The notes below the pieces were generated by a model that was not told the origin of the DNA, did no database searches, and saw nothing but the letters and a program-made list of their open reading frames with translations. This document shows positions 29,101 through 40,679 of a stretch of 64,000 nucleotides of DNA, in pieces (within the stretch, counting starts at the first letter, position 1; each line of letters begins with the position of its first letter). The translations under genes were made by a program, and so were the position numbers. The DNA is from Macrostomum lignano (taxonomy: Eukaryota). Location: positions 127,099-191,098 of the forward strand of contig NIVC01002232.1 of assembly GCA_002269645.1 (NCBI GenBank), in the 5' to 3' direction.

Positions 29101-29451
29101 AGCATTCGCAGATTAGGGATTAGCATTCGCAGATTAGGGATTAGCAATCGCAAATCAGGAATTCCCTAACGCACTTACCCAGTTGTCTTTGCCCTCAGCG
29201 TGCTTCAGCAACAGCTGCTGCAGTTTGTCGCCCATGCCGGACTGTTTAAAATCAGTCACCAGACGGGACGCCTCCGCCAACTCCTCCTCCGTGGCGATCG
29301 GCGCTAAAGTGCGCATGTACTTGTCTAAAGTGGCCTCCAGAGACGGCACCGGCAGAGGCGGCAGTCCGGCCTGGGATTGGAGGAATCGCCTGCGAAGATC
29401 CGCTTGAGCAGCTGGGCTCAAATTCAGCCCCGGACTGAGCGCCGAGGGCAT
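10741..29451 (-). CDS. CRAT: Carnitine O-acetyltransferase, six exons (29451-29179, 15757-15338, 14641-14321, 13613-13284, 12478-12329, 11169-10741), 640 aa
   Basis: All introns are GT-AG and phase 0; the spliced length is 1923 nt. Motifs: LPPLPVPSL, NWLTDWW, catalytic EHSPAEG, YES..GRTDTIRS (CRAT-type, not the ChAT GRVDNIR), LSTS, FGPVVPDGYGVCYN. C-terminal AKL is a PTS1 signal as in mammalian CRAT. A further 5' exon cannot be excluded. Confidence 0.92.
11285..11845. repeat. 22-23-bp minisatellite (GAAGATCGGCAGTGCCATTTGTT) in CRAT intron 5
   Basis: Direct inspection. A degenerate inverted copy of the unit lies at ~11978-12250. Confidence 0.93.
12329..12478 (-). CDS. CRAT: CRAT exon 5
   Basis: CAG|VALQLAYFR...TYESGSLRRFRLGRTDTIRSC...MSQ|GTGAGG. 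Confidence 0.92.
12600..13185. repeat. CTTCAGGCAACC-based ~12-bp tandem repeat in CRAT intron 4
   Basis: Direct inspection. Confidence 0.9.
13284..13613 (-). CDS. CRAT: CRAT exon 4 (catalytic His)
   Basis: AAG|LIICEDGAFGFHYEHSPAEG...SPDAYFQ|GTTCGT. Confidence 0.92.
13722..14240. repeat. 38-bp minisatellite in CRAT intron 3
   Basis: CAGTGGAACAAAGACCTATTCAGAATCTAAAAGAATAA with period 38 (13741, 13779 and onward). Confidence 0.96.
14321..14641 (-). CDS. CRAT: CRAT exon 3
   Basis: CAG|VDIVEG...HGWGFGSGHSANRFFDKTLQ|GTGAGC. Confidence 0.92.
14690..15310. repeat. 22-bp minisatellite in CRAT intron 2
   Basis: CTGACAGTAGCTGTGCAGGTGT with period 22. Confidence 0.96.
15338..15757 (-). CDS. CRAT: CRAT exon 2
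   Basis: CAG|LTDWWVNTAYLGFR...LDMSQY...AQL|GTAGGA. Confidence 0.92.
16632..16647 (-). mobile_element. hAT-like terminal inverted repeat remnant
   Basis: Reverse complement CAGGAGTAGGCAAACT. Related to the 40513-40528 copy; both follow a GA-rich tract. No partner end found. Confidence 0.3.
20027..22658 (+). pseudogene. EnSpm/CACTA (Tnp2/Transposase_21-like) transposase, disrupted
   Basis: Motifs: CxxC..CxxC, TFCADGF, CPVYL, LGLFDAPARA..FGCDKC, PCYLHQLEAG, TYNAHQ, GPL..S...FES. Frameshift near 20600-20640 and an in-frame TAA at 21915-21917. N-terminal 27-bp SSDEDAAAQ repeat. Confidence 0.85.
23081..23956 (+). CDS. Transposon-internal hypothetical protein (probably two exons; intron ~23598-23690)
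   Basis: Two adjacent ORFs separated by an AT-rich GTAAGA...TGTAG segment. No recognisable domain. Confidence 0.35.
24344..26507 (+). CDS. Transposon accessory gene: coiled coil plus BEN-domain-like protein (inferred exons 24344-25133, 25251-26010, 26161-26507)
   Basis: GT-AG joins keep the frame. Contains VIRSLLRCLFSDAEFTNSSISGRK...ANPAKI...FKRSFNR|CTETARKR, resembling the BEN consensus (L..LF..EL...S..G....LDP.K...KC...RR). 21-bp AVSAPPA repeat at 24545-24690. Confidence 0.6.
28680..29155. repeat. 21-bp minisatellite in CRAT intron 1
   Basis: GATTAGGGATTAGCATTCGCA tandem copies adjoining the exon 1 donor. Confidence 0.95.
29179..29451 (-). CDS. CRAT: CRAT exon 1
   Basis: MPSALS...LPPLPVPSLEATLDKY...KDNW|GTAAGT. 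Confidence 0.88.
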
Positions 29452-29689
29452 GGCGGAGGCGGCGGCTGTGGTGGCGACCGCTCGACTGCGCTGATGAAGG
29501 AGCGCCGCTGATCGACAGAGCTGGACAATGGGGAGACGGGCCTGGAAACAGGTGTGGTGACGCTTGAGCTGGGAGACTGGAACTGCGTGTGAGAAACTAA
29601 ATTCTACGTGACTGAATCACCTTGAGGTGTCTCAGATAAGCCCACAAGAGTCTCAAATCAGCCCCAGATGTTTCAGGTTAGCCATAGAT

Positions 29690-30760
29690 GCCTCAAATCA
29701 GCCCCATATGTCTCAAATCAGACCCATATGTCTCAAATCAGACCCAGGTGTCTCAAATCAGACCCAGGTGTCTCAAATCAGACCCATATGTCTCAAATCA
29801 GACCCATATGTCTCAAATCAGACCCATATGTCTCAAATCAGACCCAGGTGTCTCAAATCAGACCCATATGTCTCAAATCAGACCCATATGTCTCAAATCA
29901 GACCCATATGTCTCAAATCAGACCCAGGTGTCTCAAATCAGCCCCATATGTCTCAAATCAGACCCATATGTCTCAAATCAGATCCATATGTCTCAAATCA
30001 GACCCATATGTCTCAAATCAGACCCATATGTCTCAAATCAGACCCATATGTCTCAAATCAGACCCATATGTCTCAAATCAGACCCATATGTCTCAAATCA
30101 GACCCAGGTATCTCAAATCAGACCCATATGTCTCAAATCAGACCCAGGTATCTCAAATCAGACCCAGGTGTCTCAAATCAGACCCATATGTCTCAAATCA
30201 GACCCATATGTCTCAAATCAGACCCATATGTCTCAAATCAGACCCAGGTATCTCAAATCAGACCCAGGTGTCTCAAATCAGACCCATATGTCTCAAATCA
30301 GACCCAGGTATCTCTAATCAGACCCAGGTGTCTCTAACCAGCCCCATGTGTCTCAGGTTAGCCATAAGTGTTTCAAATCAGTCCCAGATGTCTCAAATCA
30401 GTCCCAGGTGTCTCAAATCAGTCACAGGTGTCTCAAATCAGTCCCAGATGTCTGAAATCAGTCCTAGATGCTTCTATTAGCCCCAGGTGTCTCAAATCAG
30501 ACCCAGGTGTCTCTAACCAGCCCTGTGTCTCACGTTAGCTATGTGTCCCAAAAACAGTCCCAGGTGTTTTACAGCAGCTACAGGTGTTTCAAATCAGTCT
30601 CAGGTGCCTCTCATTAGCCCCAGGTGTCTCAAATCAGTCCCAGGTGTCTTAAATCAGATCCAGGTGTCTCAGATAAGCCCCATGTGTCTCAACTCAGCCC
30701 AGGTGTCTCAGATTAGCCCCAGGTGTCTCAAATCAGCCCCAGGTGTCTCAACTCAGCAAC
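29690..30760. repeat. 20-bp minisatellite (TCTCAAATCAGACCCATATG)
   Basis: Direct inspection. Confidence 0.95.
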
Positions 30761-31419
30761 ATGTGTCTCAGATTAACTTCTATATGCTACAGATTAGTCC
30801 CCACGTGTCTGAAACCAGCCACGGCTTAGAAGTCTGGGAAAGCGGAACCAGCTAACTACAGATTAAGCGCTACTTCATGAGTAGTTAATTAAGTAATTAG
30901 GAAGCTTTGTGTTAAAAAGCTTAATTAATAAAAAAATCATGTAATAAACATGTAACAAATTAATCAAAAATATAACGTTGCCTTTTAATAACGAAAAAAC
31001 AATTGAATAGTAGGCGCGCACTTAACAATCTTTTTTTAGAAGAAAAAAACTGTTATTAACTTCTTTACGACGCACTCGTGTTAGTCTTACTTGTTTTAAA
31101 TAAAATACTCAAACTAGCTACTCACTGAGTAGGCGGGACAAACCGAGCTTGCCACTACAGCGGAGGCTTTTGCAAACCGATGAAGCAACTGGTGAAGAGC
31201 GAACGGGTGCGATTAAAGCTACATGACAAGTACATGACCCACAAAGTGTACACTTGAAACTTTTTAAACTAGAAGTGGATAATTAACTTTAGTGTGGGAG
31301 TTACAAGGGATGCAACTAAGAGCTAAGGTAAATTCCTACACGAGACCACTATTTATCCAAAAACAAAACAAATTCCACAAGAATCCGAGTCAAGGATTTA
31401 TATAAGAAGAACGACAATC

Positions 31420-32340
31420 CCAGTCAAGAATCCAGTTATAAAAGAAGGGGAATTCCAGTCAAGGATCTATTTGAAAAAGAAGGGGAATTCCCGTCAAGGA
31501 TCTGTTTGAAAAAGAAGGGAAATTCCAGTCAAGGATCTATTTGAAAGGAGAAATTCCCGTCAAGGATCTGTTTGAAAAAGAAGGGAAATTCCAGTCAAGG
31601 ATCTGTTTGAAAAAGAAGGGGAATCCCACTCAAGGATCTATTTAAAAAGGGAAATCCCGGTCAAGGATCTGTTTCAAAAAAAGGGAATTCCAGTCAAGGA
31701 TCTATTTAAAAAGGGGAATAGCAGTCAAGGATCTGTTTCAAAAAGAAGAGGAATCCCAGTAGAGGATCTATTTGAAAAGGGGAATCCTAATCAAGGATCT
31801 GTTTGAAAAAGAAGGGGAATCCCACTCAAGGATCTATTTAAAAAGGGAAATCCCGGTCAAGGATCTGTTTCAAAAAAAGGGAATTCCAGTCAAGGATCTA
31901 TTTAAAAAGGGGAATAGCAGTCAAGGATCTGTTTCAAAAAGAAGAGGAATCCCAGTAGAGGATCTATTTGAAAAGGGGAATCCTAATCAAGGATCTGTTT
32001 GAAAAGAAGGGGAATCCTAGTCAAGGATCTACTTAAAAAGGGAAATCCCAGTCAAGGATCTGTTATAAAAAGAAGAGAAACCCATTCAAGGAATTATATA
32101 AAAAGAACGGAAAACCCAGTCAAGAATCCAGTTAAAAAGAAGGGGAATCCCAGTCAAGGATCTATTTGAAAAGGGAAATCCCAGTCAAGGATCTGCTTCA
32201 AAAATAAGGGGAATCCCAGTCAAGTATCTGTTTCAAAAAGAAGGGGAATCCCAGTCAAGGATCTATTTGAAACAAAGGGGAATCCCGGTCAAGGATCTAT
32301 TTAAAAAAAAGGGAATCTCAGTCAAGGATCTACATGTAGT
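31420..32340. repeat. Degenerate ~29-30-bp minisatellite (CAGTCAAGGATCT...GGGAAT)
   Basis: Direct inspection. Confidence 0.88.
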
Positions 32341-32949
32341 TAAAGGGGATCTATCAGTATCAACAAAATGGAAATAATATCAGGTCAGAGACACGAATCG
32401 AAGTTGTCTCAAAGCGCAAACATGCGCAAATTTTATTATCACACAAAGTCTGCTAATAGATTTTCCATAAATACACAGAAAATAGAGGCAACGTATCATA
32501 GCTCCGTTAAGCATTGTGTTTGTTAATAAAAATATCTATACAGAGATAGAAAAATAGAATATAAATATGTTTATAAAAAAGTTTAACATCTTTTCTAAAG
32601 TAGAAAATTTTGGAAAAAATAGACAAAAACTATATAAATATATCTAGACATAAGTAGTATATAAAGACAGACACACACAGAGGTGTTGCGCTGAAAAAAA
32701 CGACGCGAAATGACTCAATGAGGCAGGCAATTATTATTCAAAAAACTTTAAAATTACGTGGCTCAAGCCGAATGGACGGACTGAAGCGTGCAGCTTGCGG
32801 TGCCGACTAAAACAAAATAATTTTTTTCTGCGGCTGGTTGCTGAAAATACAGCTGACGATAAAATAGCAGGTTATAAATATAGCTTACTAATTCGATGAG
32901 CCATGAGTTCTTTGATAGTTGAGCAACAGGTGGCACGGGGTGCTGGACA

Positions 32950-32960
32950 GACAGGCAGAC

Positions 32961-32993
<33 letters not shown>

Positions 32994-33088
32994 TAGCCAG
33001 GCATACAGACACACACACAGACAGACAGACAGACAGACAGACACACAGACAGACAGACAGACAGACAGACACACAGACAGACAGACAC

Positions 33089-33119
<31 letters not shown>

Positions 33120-33152
33120 CACAGACAGACAGACAGACACACAGACAGACAC

Positions 33153-33203
<51 letters not shown>

Positions 33204-33204
33204 C

Positions 33205-33259
<55 letters not shown>

Positions 33260-33280
33260 CACAGACAGACAGACACACAC

Positions 33281-33311
<31 letters not shown>

Positions 33312-33412
33312 CACAGACATACAGACGGGCAGACAGACAGACAGACAGACATACAGACACACAGACAAACAGACAGACAGACATACAGACAGACAGACAG
33401 ACAGACAGACAC

Positions 33413-33459
<47 letters not shown>

Positions 33460-33546
33460 CACAGACAGACAGACAGACAGACACACAGACAGACAGACAC
33501 ACAGACAGACAGACAGACAGACAGACACACAGACATACAGACGGGC

Positions 33547-33591
<45 letters not shown>

Positions 33592-33625
33592 TACAGACAG
33601 ACAGACAGACAGACATACAGACGGG
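32950..33625. repeat. (GACA)n microsatellite
   Basis: Direct inspection. Same motif as 1-1586, on the opposite strand. Confidence 0.98.
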
Positions 33626-34249
33626 CATGCACGCAGATGTAAAAAGTATGCAGGAGAAGTGAACAAAAAGCGTGCAAAAAGTCTCCAATAAAAAGGACGC
33701 AAATCTGCGCAGAGAATGAAGCAGAAGCCTGTATCTACGAGCGCAATAGAAAAATCAGTTCAAAAAATCTGCAAACGACAATCTTATGCCTAGAAATAAA
33801 ATCATATTAGCACGCACACTCTTTTCCTTTGCATTATTGATAAAGAATCTTATCGAATTCTTTATCGTAGTGTTTCAGACCTTGCCTACACATTTAAACT
33901 ACTCAGTAGTAAGTAGCTTAAACGAACATTTCTAGAAAAGTTCAGAAGTTCGAGGCAAAACTACAATAACCTAAATCAGAGAAAAAATCTTCTAGGACAG
34001 ATTGGACAGAAAAAGATGGTAAAAGTTTAAAAAGTTTTTAAATCACAATATTGCACCGAACAAGGCTCTTTATATCGAGAAATTGTTTTTTTACAGCAAA
34101 TTAATAAAAAGGCAAATGAAATTAAGCATGATATGCATTGAGAGAAGTGGGAATAGAGATCAGGAAGAGAGCGGTTACAATAAAGAATTATACTAGAATT
34201 GAATACATTTTTAGCATAAATATATTCACAACTGTTTGACATTTGATTC

Positions 34250-35390
34250 TCTCAGTGGATCATAGGGCGATTTTCTCAGTGGGTCATGTAGCGATTTTCT
34301 CAGTGGGTCATAGGGTAATTTTCTCAGTGGGTCATGTAGCGATTTTCTTAGTGGGTCATAGGGTAATTTTCTCAGTGGGTCATAGGGCGATTTTCTCAGT
34401 GGGTCATAGGGCGATTTTCTTAGTGGGTCATAGGGTGATTTTCTCAGTGGGTCATAGGGCGATTTTCTCAGTGGGTCATGTAGCGATTTTCTCAGTGGGT
34501 CATGTAGCGATTTTCTCAGTGGGTCATAGGGTAATTTTCTCAGTGGGTCATGTAGCGATTTTCTTAGTGGGTCATAGGGTAATTTTCTCAGTGGGTCATA
34601 GGGCGATTTTCTCAGTGGGTCATAGGGTAATTTTCTCAGTGGGTCATGTAGCGATTTTCTTAGTGGGTCATAGGGTAATTTTCTCAGTGGGTCATAGGGC
34701 GATTTTCTCAGTGGGTCATAGGGTAATTTTCTCAGTGGGTCATGTAGCGATTTTCTTAGTGGGTCATAGGGTAATTTTCTCAGTGGGTCATAGGGCGATT
34801 TTCTCAGTGGGTCATAGGGCGATTTTCTTAGTGGGTCATAGGGTGATTTTCTCAGTGGGTCATAGGGCGATTTTCTCAGTGGGTCATGTAGCGATTTTCT
34901 CAGTGGGTCATAGGGCGATTTTCTCAGTGGGTCATAGGGCGATTTTCACAGTGGGTCATAGGGCGATTTTCTCATTGGTTCATAGGGCGATTTTCTCATT
35001 GGTTCATAGGGCGATTTTCTCAGTGGGTCATAGGGCGATTTTCTCAGTGGGTCATAGGGCGATTTTCTTAGTGGGTCATAGGGCGATTTTCTCAGTGGGT
35101 CATAGGGCGATTTTTTCAGTGGGTCATGTAGCGATTTTCTCAGTGGGTCATACGGCGATTTTCTCAGTGGGTCATGTAGCGATTTTCTCAGTGGGTCATA
35201 GGGCGATTTTCTCAGTGGGTCATGTAGCGATTTTCTCAGTGGGTCATAGGGCGATTTTCTCAGTGGGTCATAGGGCGATTTTCACAGTGGGTCATAGGGC
35301 GATTTTCTCAGTGGGTCATAGGGCGATTTTCTCATTTGGGTCATAGGGCGATTTTCTCAGTGGGTCATAGGGCAATTTTCTCAGTGGCTC
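34250..35390. repeat. 27-bp minisatellite (TTTTCTCAGTGGGTCATAGGGCGA-type)
   Basis: Direct inspection; 9-aa periodic ORF artefact. Confidence 0.96.
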
Positions 35391-35996
35391 ACTAAAATCA
35401 ACACAAAAAATGGGCACAATGCCGAAAAAACAGCTGCGCAGAGTTACTAAGCGGCCAGACCTCCGGGAGGCGGCGGTCCCCGCCGGTGCCTCGGAGGCGG
35501 CGAAGTTGAAGCACTTCGAAGCGGCCTGGCGTAGCCGCCGGCTCCGCTATTCGATGGCTTCATCGAGGACGCAGCGGCAGGCGGAGGCTGCGGCAGCGGC
35601 GGCGGCGGCGGCGGCGAGAACAGGTGCCTGCCAACCGGTTTCATCGGCAGGCCGCGCCTCTCAGCTTTGAAGCGTTCCCGTTCGCGGGCATTTTTTGCCG
35701 CCTCGCGTAGGCGTCTGCGTGCCGAATCGCGCGGCAAATTGATTGCAGCTGAAGCTGATGATGAAGAGCACGGAGAATTAGCTATGGAGGAATTCTTGCT
35801 GCTCACTACTAATACGCTGGTGCCCGAGGAGAGCCGGTCGCGCAGTAGAAACAATGGCTGCTCCTGCAAAATTGGATTTGGGTGGAAATTTAAACATTTT
35901 TTATTCCGCAGAACGACAGAGCGGCCCATACATGCGCAACTGCTGGCCGACCAGGGGTAAATTGCAAAAATAACCACCCGACACAATATACGTAGT

Positions 35997-36060
35997 ACTA
36001 ATTAGATGACGAGACATTTAGCCTCTATAAGACAGTCATAGCTACTCCTGCCGTTTACCC
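35997..36060 (-). other. Degenerate 28S rRNA-like fragment (R2/I-PpoI target region), copy A
   Basis: GGGTAAACGGCAGGAGTAGCTATGACTGTCTTATAGAGGCTAAATGTCTCGTCATCTAATTAGT versus the conserved LSU GGGTAAACGGCGGGAGTAACTATGACTCTCTTAAGGTAGCCAAATGCCTCGTCATCTAATTAGT. Confidence 0.7.
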
Positions 36061-38197
36061 AAAATTGCGGGTTTCTTTCACAGCATTTTTGGTAAAAAAA
36101 GAAAGCCGCATGGCCAGTGTAAATCAGGGGGGTTGCGCATGATGGAGCGGCGGCGCCTATCCGGCCCAGGCTCGATTCAAAGTGCAGTCACATTAATTTG
36201 GGGTTAAATTGGAATCTCGGCTTGGCTCTGCACGTGCAACTAACCAACCCTCGAAACACAGTGAAGTGTACATGCCTTAACGATAAATAAAGTTAGGGCC
36301 GCTGTACCCTCCTGTGTGAGTGTGTGCCTGTGCGTATGGAAATTAATCCCTATAACAAGCTTACTTGAACCCGAACTTGTTGCTGAGCCTGCTGAGGTTG
36401 AGCTGACAGCAGAGGCGAACTGGCTCTTCTACGGCGCGCAGAAGTGGAATCATCAATAATGAGCAATGTTGCAGTTGTAGTGGTTGACACCGATGTTGAT
36501 GCTGGCATTGATACAGTTGCTTTGGAGCCAAGTGGCAGATTTGACAGAGCCTGGCTGCCAGCCGCCATCAGCTGTGTTAGGCTGCAGTTTTTATTATTGA
36601 AGTATGACTGAGATAAAAATTTAAAAAAAATTATTTCTATGATAAAAATTTTCTATATACATTTCTATGGGAAGGCTTCTATATGTTAGAATTTTCTTAA
36701 TAAAAGGATATTAGCTTGTGAGTATAGGCCTAGTACTTATTGCCCATAGTTTGGATCATATATTAGTATACGCTAGGTTTAATGCCAGAAAAATGATGAG
36801 ACCTCATTTGTATGCCAGGTTTGTATGCCAATAAAAAAATTGTCATTTGACACAGTAGGCCTACATTTTCTATGTCATATATATAGGGATATACCCTGAT
36901 ATATACTGAAAAATTGTAAGAAAAAGAGCCTTGTTGTATGCCAGGAAATCTTGATGTATATGTTGCCTTAAAAACTATGGCTTATAGCAATGACTGAAAT
37001 TCAAGGATGGAATCTTTGTATAAAAATTTTGAAACAAAAAGTTATATACATTTTTGCACAAGTTAAATGCACAACAGCATAAGTTTTTTACACTATTTTG
37101 AGACTAACTTTTTATAGGTTTTCTATATAAAGTTTTAATGAATACTGTGGTAGTCTGGCCTACCACTAAGTCTTTTTGACTGTTTATTTTTTTGCATTAA
37201 TTTTCTATGAAACCATTTCCCTCCCTCTTCAATGACAAAATTTTGTTGTCATTGCCTGTCCCATCGTTTGTCTCCCCCTGTCCTGTCCCTGTTCCCGTGG
37301 CTGTTCCCCTTGTTGCCCCATCCTGTGTTTTTCTGTTTTTCACCTGTTTTTCTACAAGAATCCTTGGGTTGACCCCTCCTATGGGAACCTTTTCCCCTGG
37401 TTGACCCACTGGTTGCCCCGCTCGCTGCCCCACTGGTGGCACCAGTGGCCAGCACTGCTTGTTGTTATTATTTATATGGCCGTCCTGGCCACCTTTATGG
37501 CATACTTCTTCTTCTTCCTCCTTTTCCCTTTTCCTTGTTTCTTTTTTGCTCTTTGTTCATGTTTTGTGCTCTCTCTCTAGCATTTTTGCTTAAACCTTAA
37601 TAGCAACTGCCGTTAATTAAATTTACTAATTGTTCCGCACCTCGGCACAGCCAGATTACCCTCTTTTGTAGCTAAAATATCTGTTGGAAAAATAACAAAT
37701 AATTTGGTGACCTGCTCTCTACTTAATTTCACTAATCTATTGAAGTCCTTAATAGTTTATCTTGAGTTATTTGCCTGTGGGGCGTTAAACTACCAAATCA
37801 GTCTTATCTCCGAACGAGCTCTGAGATCTCTAAATGTTCCATAATACATAAATTACAGTGGTGGCAGCGCTACACTACTAAAAGTAATCAATTTAGAAAA
37901 CTCAGAAAATGAAATTGTGGTGTCTAGATCATTGAGTCTATTGTCTGAATGACCGTGCCTGCTCAAGACCACTTAACTATGATTACGACTACCCTCCCCC
38001 CGGAATTGAGGACCTGGCAGATGGAGTATCCAACAGCCAGATAGAGCAGCCACCCCAATAGCCGGATAGAGCTCCAGCGCCAAAACCGCTCAAGATCCAA
38101 CATATACATGCGCAACTTCTGAAATTACGCTGGCCGTGCGACTTAGTTTTCGATAAAAAATGCGACTTACCTATGAAAGAGCCAAGCAAAAACTTTA

Positions 38198-38260
38198 GGT
38201 AAACGGCAGGAGTAACTATAACCATATTTTTAAAGCTAAATGCCTCGCCAGCTAATTAGT
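38198..38260 (+). other. Degenerate 28S rRNA-like fragment, copy B
   Basis: GGTAAACGGCAGGAGTAACTATAACC...GCTAAATGCCTCGCCAGCTAATTAGT. Same LSU segment as copy A, opposite orientation. Confidence 0.62.
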
Positions 38261-38689
38261 GCTGCGTGCAGATTTCGCGTTTTTATAACAGCTAATCAGT
38301 ATGTCATCTAGTGGCGGCATGAAGCAATTAGTAAATTGTCAGTACAGTGTAGTGAGCATACTACAAAAGTCATGATTCATGAATGTCCAGAAGTAAGTGA
38401 AGTGAATACAGTGTGACCTATAGCTCAAGAACGATTTGCTAGACGATTTGGCATGGAAGATGAGAGCCCTGATTCAGATGGCTCATCAGATGCAGAATAC
38501 GAATCCAGTAGAGATACAAGCTGTGAAAACCCACAGATTTTTAAACCACTGAATTCTAATTCCCGGAACTATTTTTGCATAGATTCTAAATTTGAAGTCA
38601 TGCTCAAACAAAAACTTGTTAACAGTTAGGAAAAAGGCAAAGATGGGAGTAATGCATGTTAAACTAAGATTTGAGGCCTTTGCAAATTC

Positions 38690-39120
38690 TCTCCATTCCT
38701 CAATCTTCTCATCCTCTTTTTCTTTTCTCTCTCATCCCTTATCCCTTCTCTCTTTCCTCTCCTCTCTCCTCTCTTTCCTCTCCTCTCCTATCTCTTCTGT
38801 CTCCTCTCTACATTCTTATCTCTCTTCTCGTCTCTCTCCATTCCACTCTACTCTCTCATCTTATCTTCCCTCTCGTCTCTCTCCACTCTACTCTCTCATC
38901 TTATCTCTCCTCTCTTCTCTACTCTCTCATCTCTCCTCTCTTCACTCTCCTCTCATCTCCTCTTTATCCTCTCTTCTCTCATCTACTCTCTCCTCTTTCC
39001 TCTTTCCTCTCTTCTGATCTCATCCATCATCTTTTCTTTCCTCTTTCCTCTAATCTCCTCTTCTCTCTCATCTCTTTTTCCTCCCTCAGCTTTCCTCTCC
39101 TCTTCTATCTTTTCTCCCAT
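38690..39120. repeat. CT-rich low-complexity tract
   Basis: Direct inspection. A complementary GA-rich tract lies at ~40270-40430. Confidence 0.85.
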
Positions 39121-40512
39121 CGCAACCCCGTTGGAAAAGTTATGCACCTGCAGAGGCACAAAAGGTGAGCGAGGTGCACAAAAGAGGCACTTTGGTGGCC
39201 TATTACGTGTGTGTTTTGGAAATGCACCTGAGTGCACCTTTTATGCCTAAATGTCACCAATATTTTTGAAAAGAGGCATGAAAGGTGTAAAATCGGTGAA
39301 GTGGTCAGGCAGTAGGTGAATTCTCAATTTTGATTGGCTGCGGCGGTAGGGGCAGTAACGGTGCTGAAGGGGCGCAGAAAGTGCACAAAAGGTGAATTAG
39401 AGGTGCATAAGGTGTACATGTTGCAGCGTAAATATGTATACAGGTGCATTTCCAAAACACGCTCGAAATAGACCCCAAAGTGCCTCTTCTGTGCACCTCG
39501 CTCACCTTTCATGCCTATGCACGAATTAACGCATTAATAATCAGTAACAAAAAATTAACTGAGAGTTACATACTCGTACATTGCACGCACAGATCGAACA
39601 TAGAAAAGCTTTATTTACACCTATACTAATTGCTGCTATCCCCTTCCTGATCCTGACTAACCACAAAAGTAAGCATTTCCTGTACTGATAAGTTTTAATA
39701 ACTTTCAAATACTCAGGAAAAGTTCCGAAAAGTGATGAAAAGCTTTGAATCTGTTTAAAGAATAATAAGAAAAAGTAGCAAAGAACTTTCGCAAGTTGGA
39801 ACGCCCCTTGCATTGCCTCTACACCTAAAGTGCCCACTGTGCACCGTTTGTTCACCTTTCGTGCCTCCAGTGCACACTGTACACTTTTTATGCACCTCCA
39901 CCACAGCGCACCTTTTTCACCTTTCACTCCACCAATGCCCCCAATTCCTACTTTGTTCACCTTTTGTGCCTCCAATGCACACTGTGCACCTTTAATACAC
40001 CAAACTCCCCTATGACACCTGTGCCCCTACCACCTATTTCGTGCCTTATATTCACCTTCTGACCCTGCAGAGGCACTCAGGTGAACACGCGGTGCACAAG
40101 TGGCACAAAATAGGCATAAGAGAGGCGAAAGTGAGGCAGACGGTGTAAAACTCTTCACCTTTCATGCCTACTTTAAAAACTAAAAATTCAACGGGAACGC
40201 TCGCCTCTCCTCTGTTTGCTTATCTCTAATCTTCTATTCCCTCTACTTTGAAGTAAGAAAATATGCACATATTTTTGCTGAAGATAAGAGGAGAGAAGAG
40301 GGCATTGAGGAGAAAGGGTAGAGAAAGGGGGAGAAGAGAGGAGAGTAAAAATGAGAGGAGAGAGAAGAGGGAAAAGGGGGGAGAGAGAGAAGAGGGGAGG
40401 CAAGGTAGAGAAGAAGAGAGAGATGAGAGTTAAAGAGACACCAACCTTGCTAGTTAGGAAGTTTCAAAGAACCCGAGGGGCGAGGGCCAGATAGAGGGGC
40501 TTCGCGAGCCGG

Positions 40513-40528
40513 AGTTTGCCGACCCCTG
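40513..40528 (-). mobile_element. hAT-like terminal inverted repeat
   Basis: Reverse complement CAGGGGTCGGCAAACT, a common hAT TIR type. No partner end identified. Confidence 0.4.
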
Positions 40529-40679
40529 CTCCAGAGTTTAAGAAATCAATGGGAAACTGTTGACGCGGGCTTCTGATTTCAAAGATCTTGTCTGTGGTTG
40601 AAGGCTTCTATTCTGTTTTTGCTCTCCTGCCACACTTGCACCTACTACCCCCTGATTGCCTCTGATTGTGACTTACTTC

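Noticed and set aside
10741-29451. Choline acetyltransferase or CPT annotation
   Set aside because: GRTDTIRS (not VDN), the size of ~640 aa without N-terminal TM segments, and C-terminal AKL favour CRAT.
35410-35986. GC-rich ORFs with a poly-Ala/Pro tract
   Set aside because: Could be an exon of an unseen gene, but there is no recognisable domain or consistent splice structure.
35997-38260. rRNA gene annotation
   Set aside because: Only ~64-nt diverged fragments, with no flanking rDNA.
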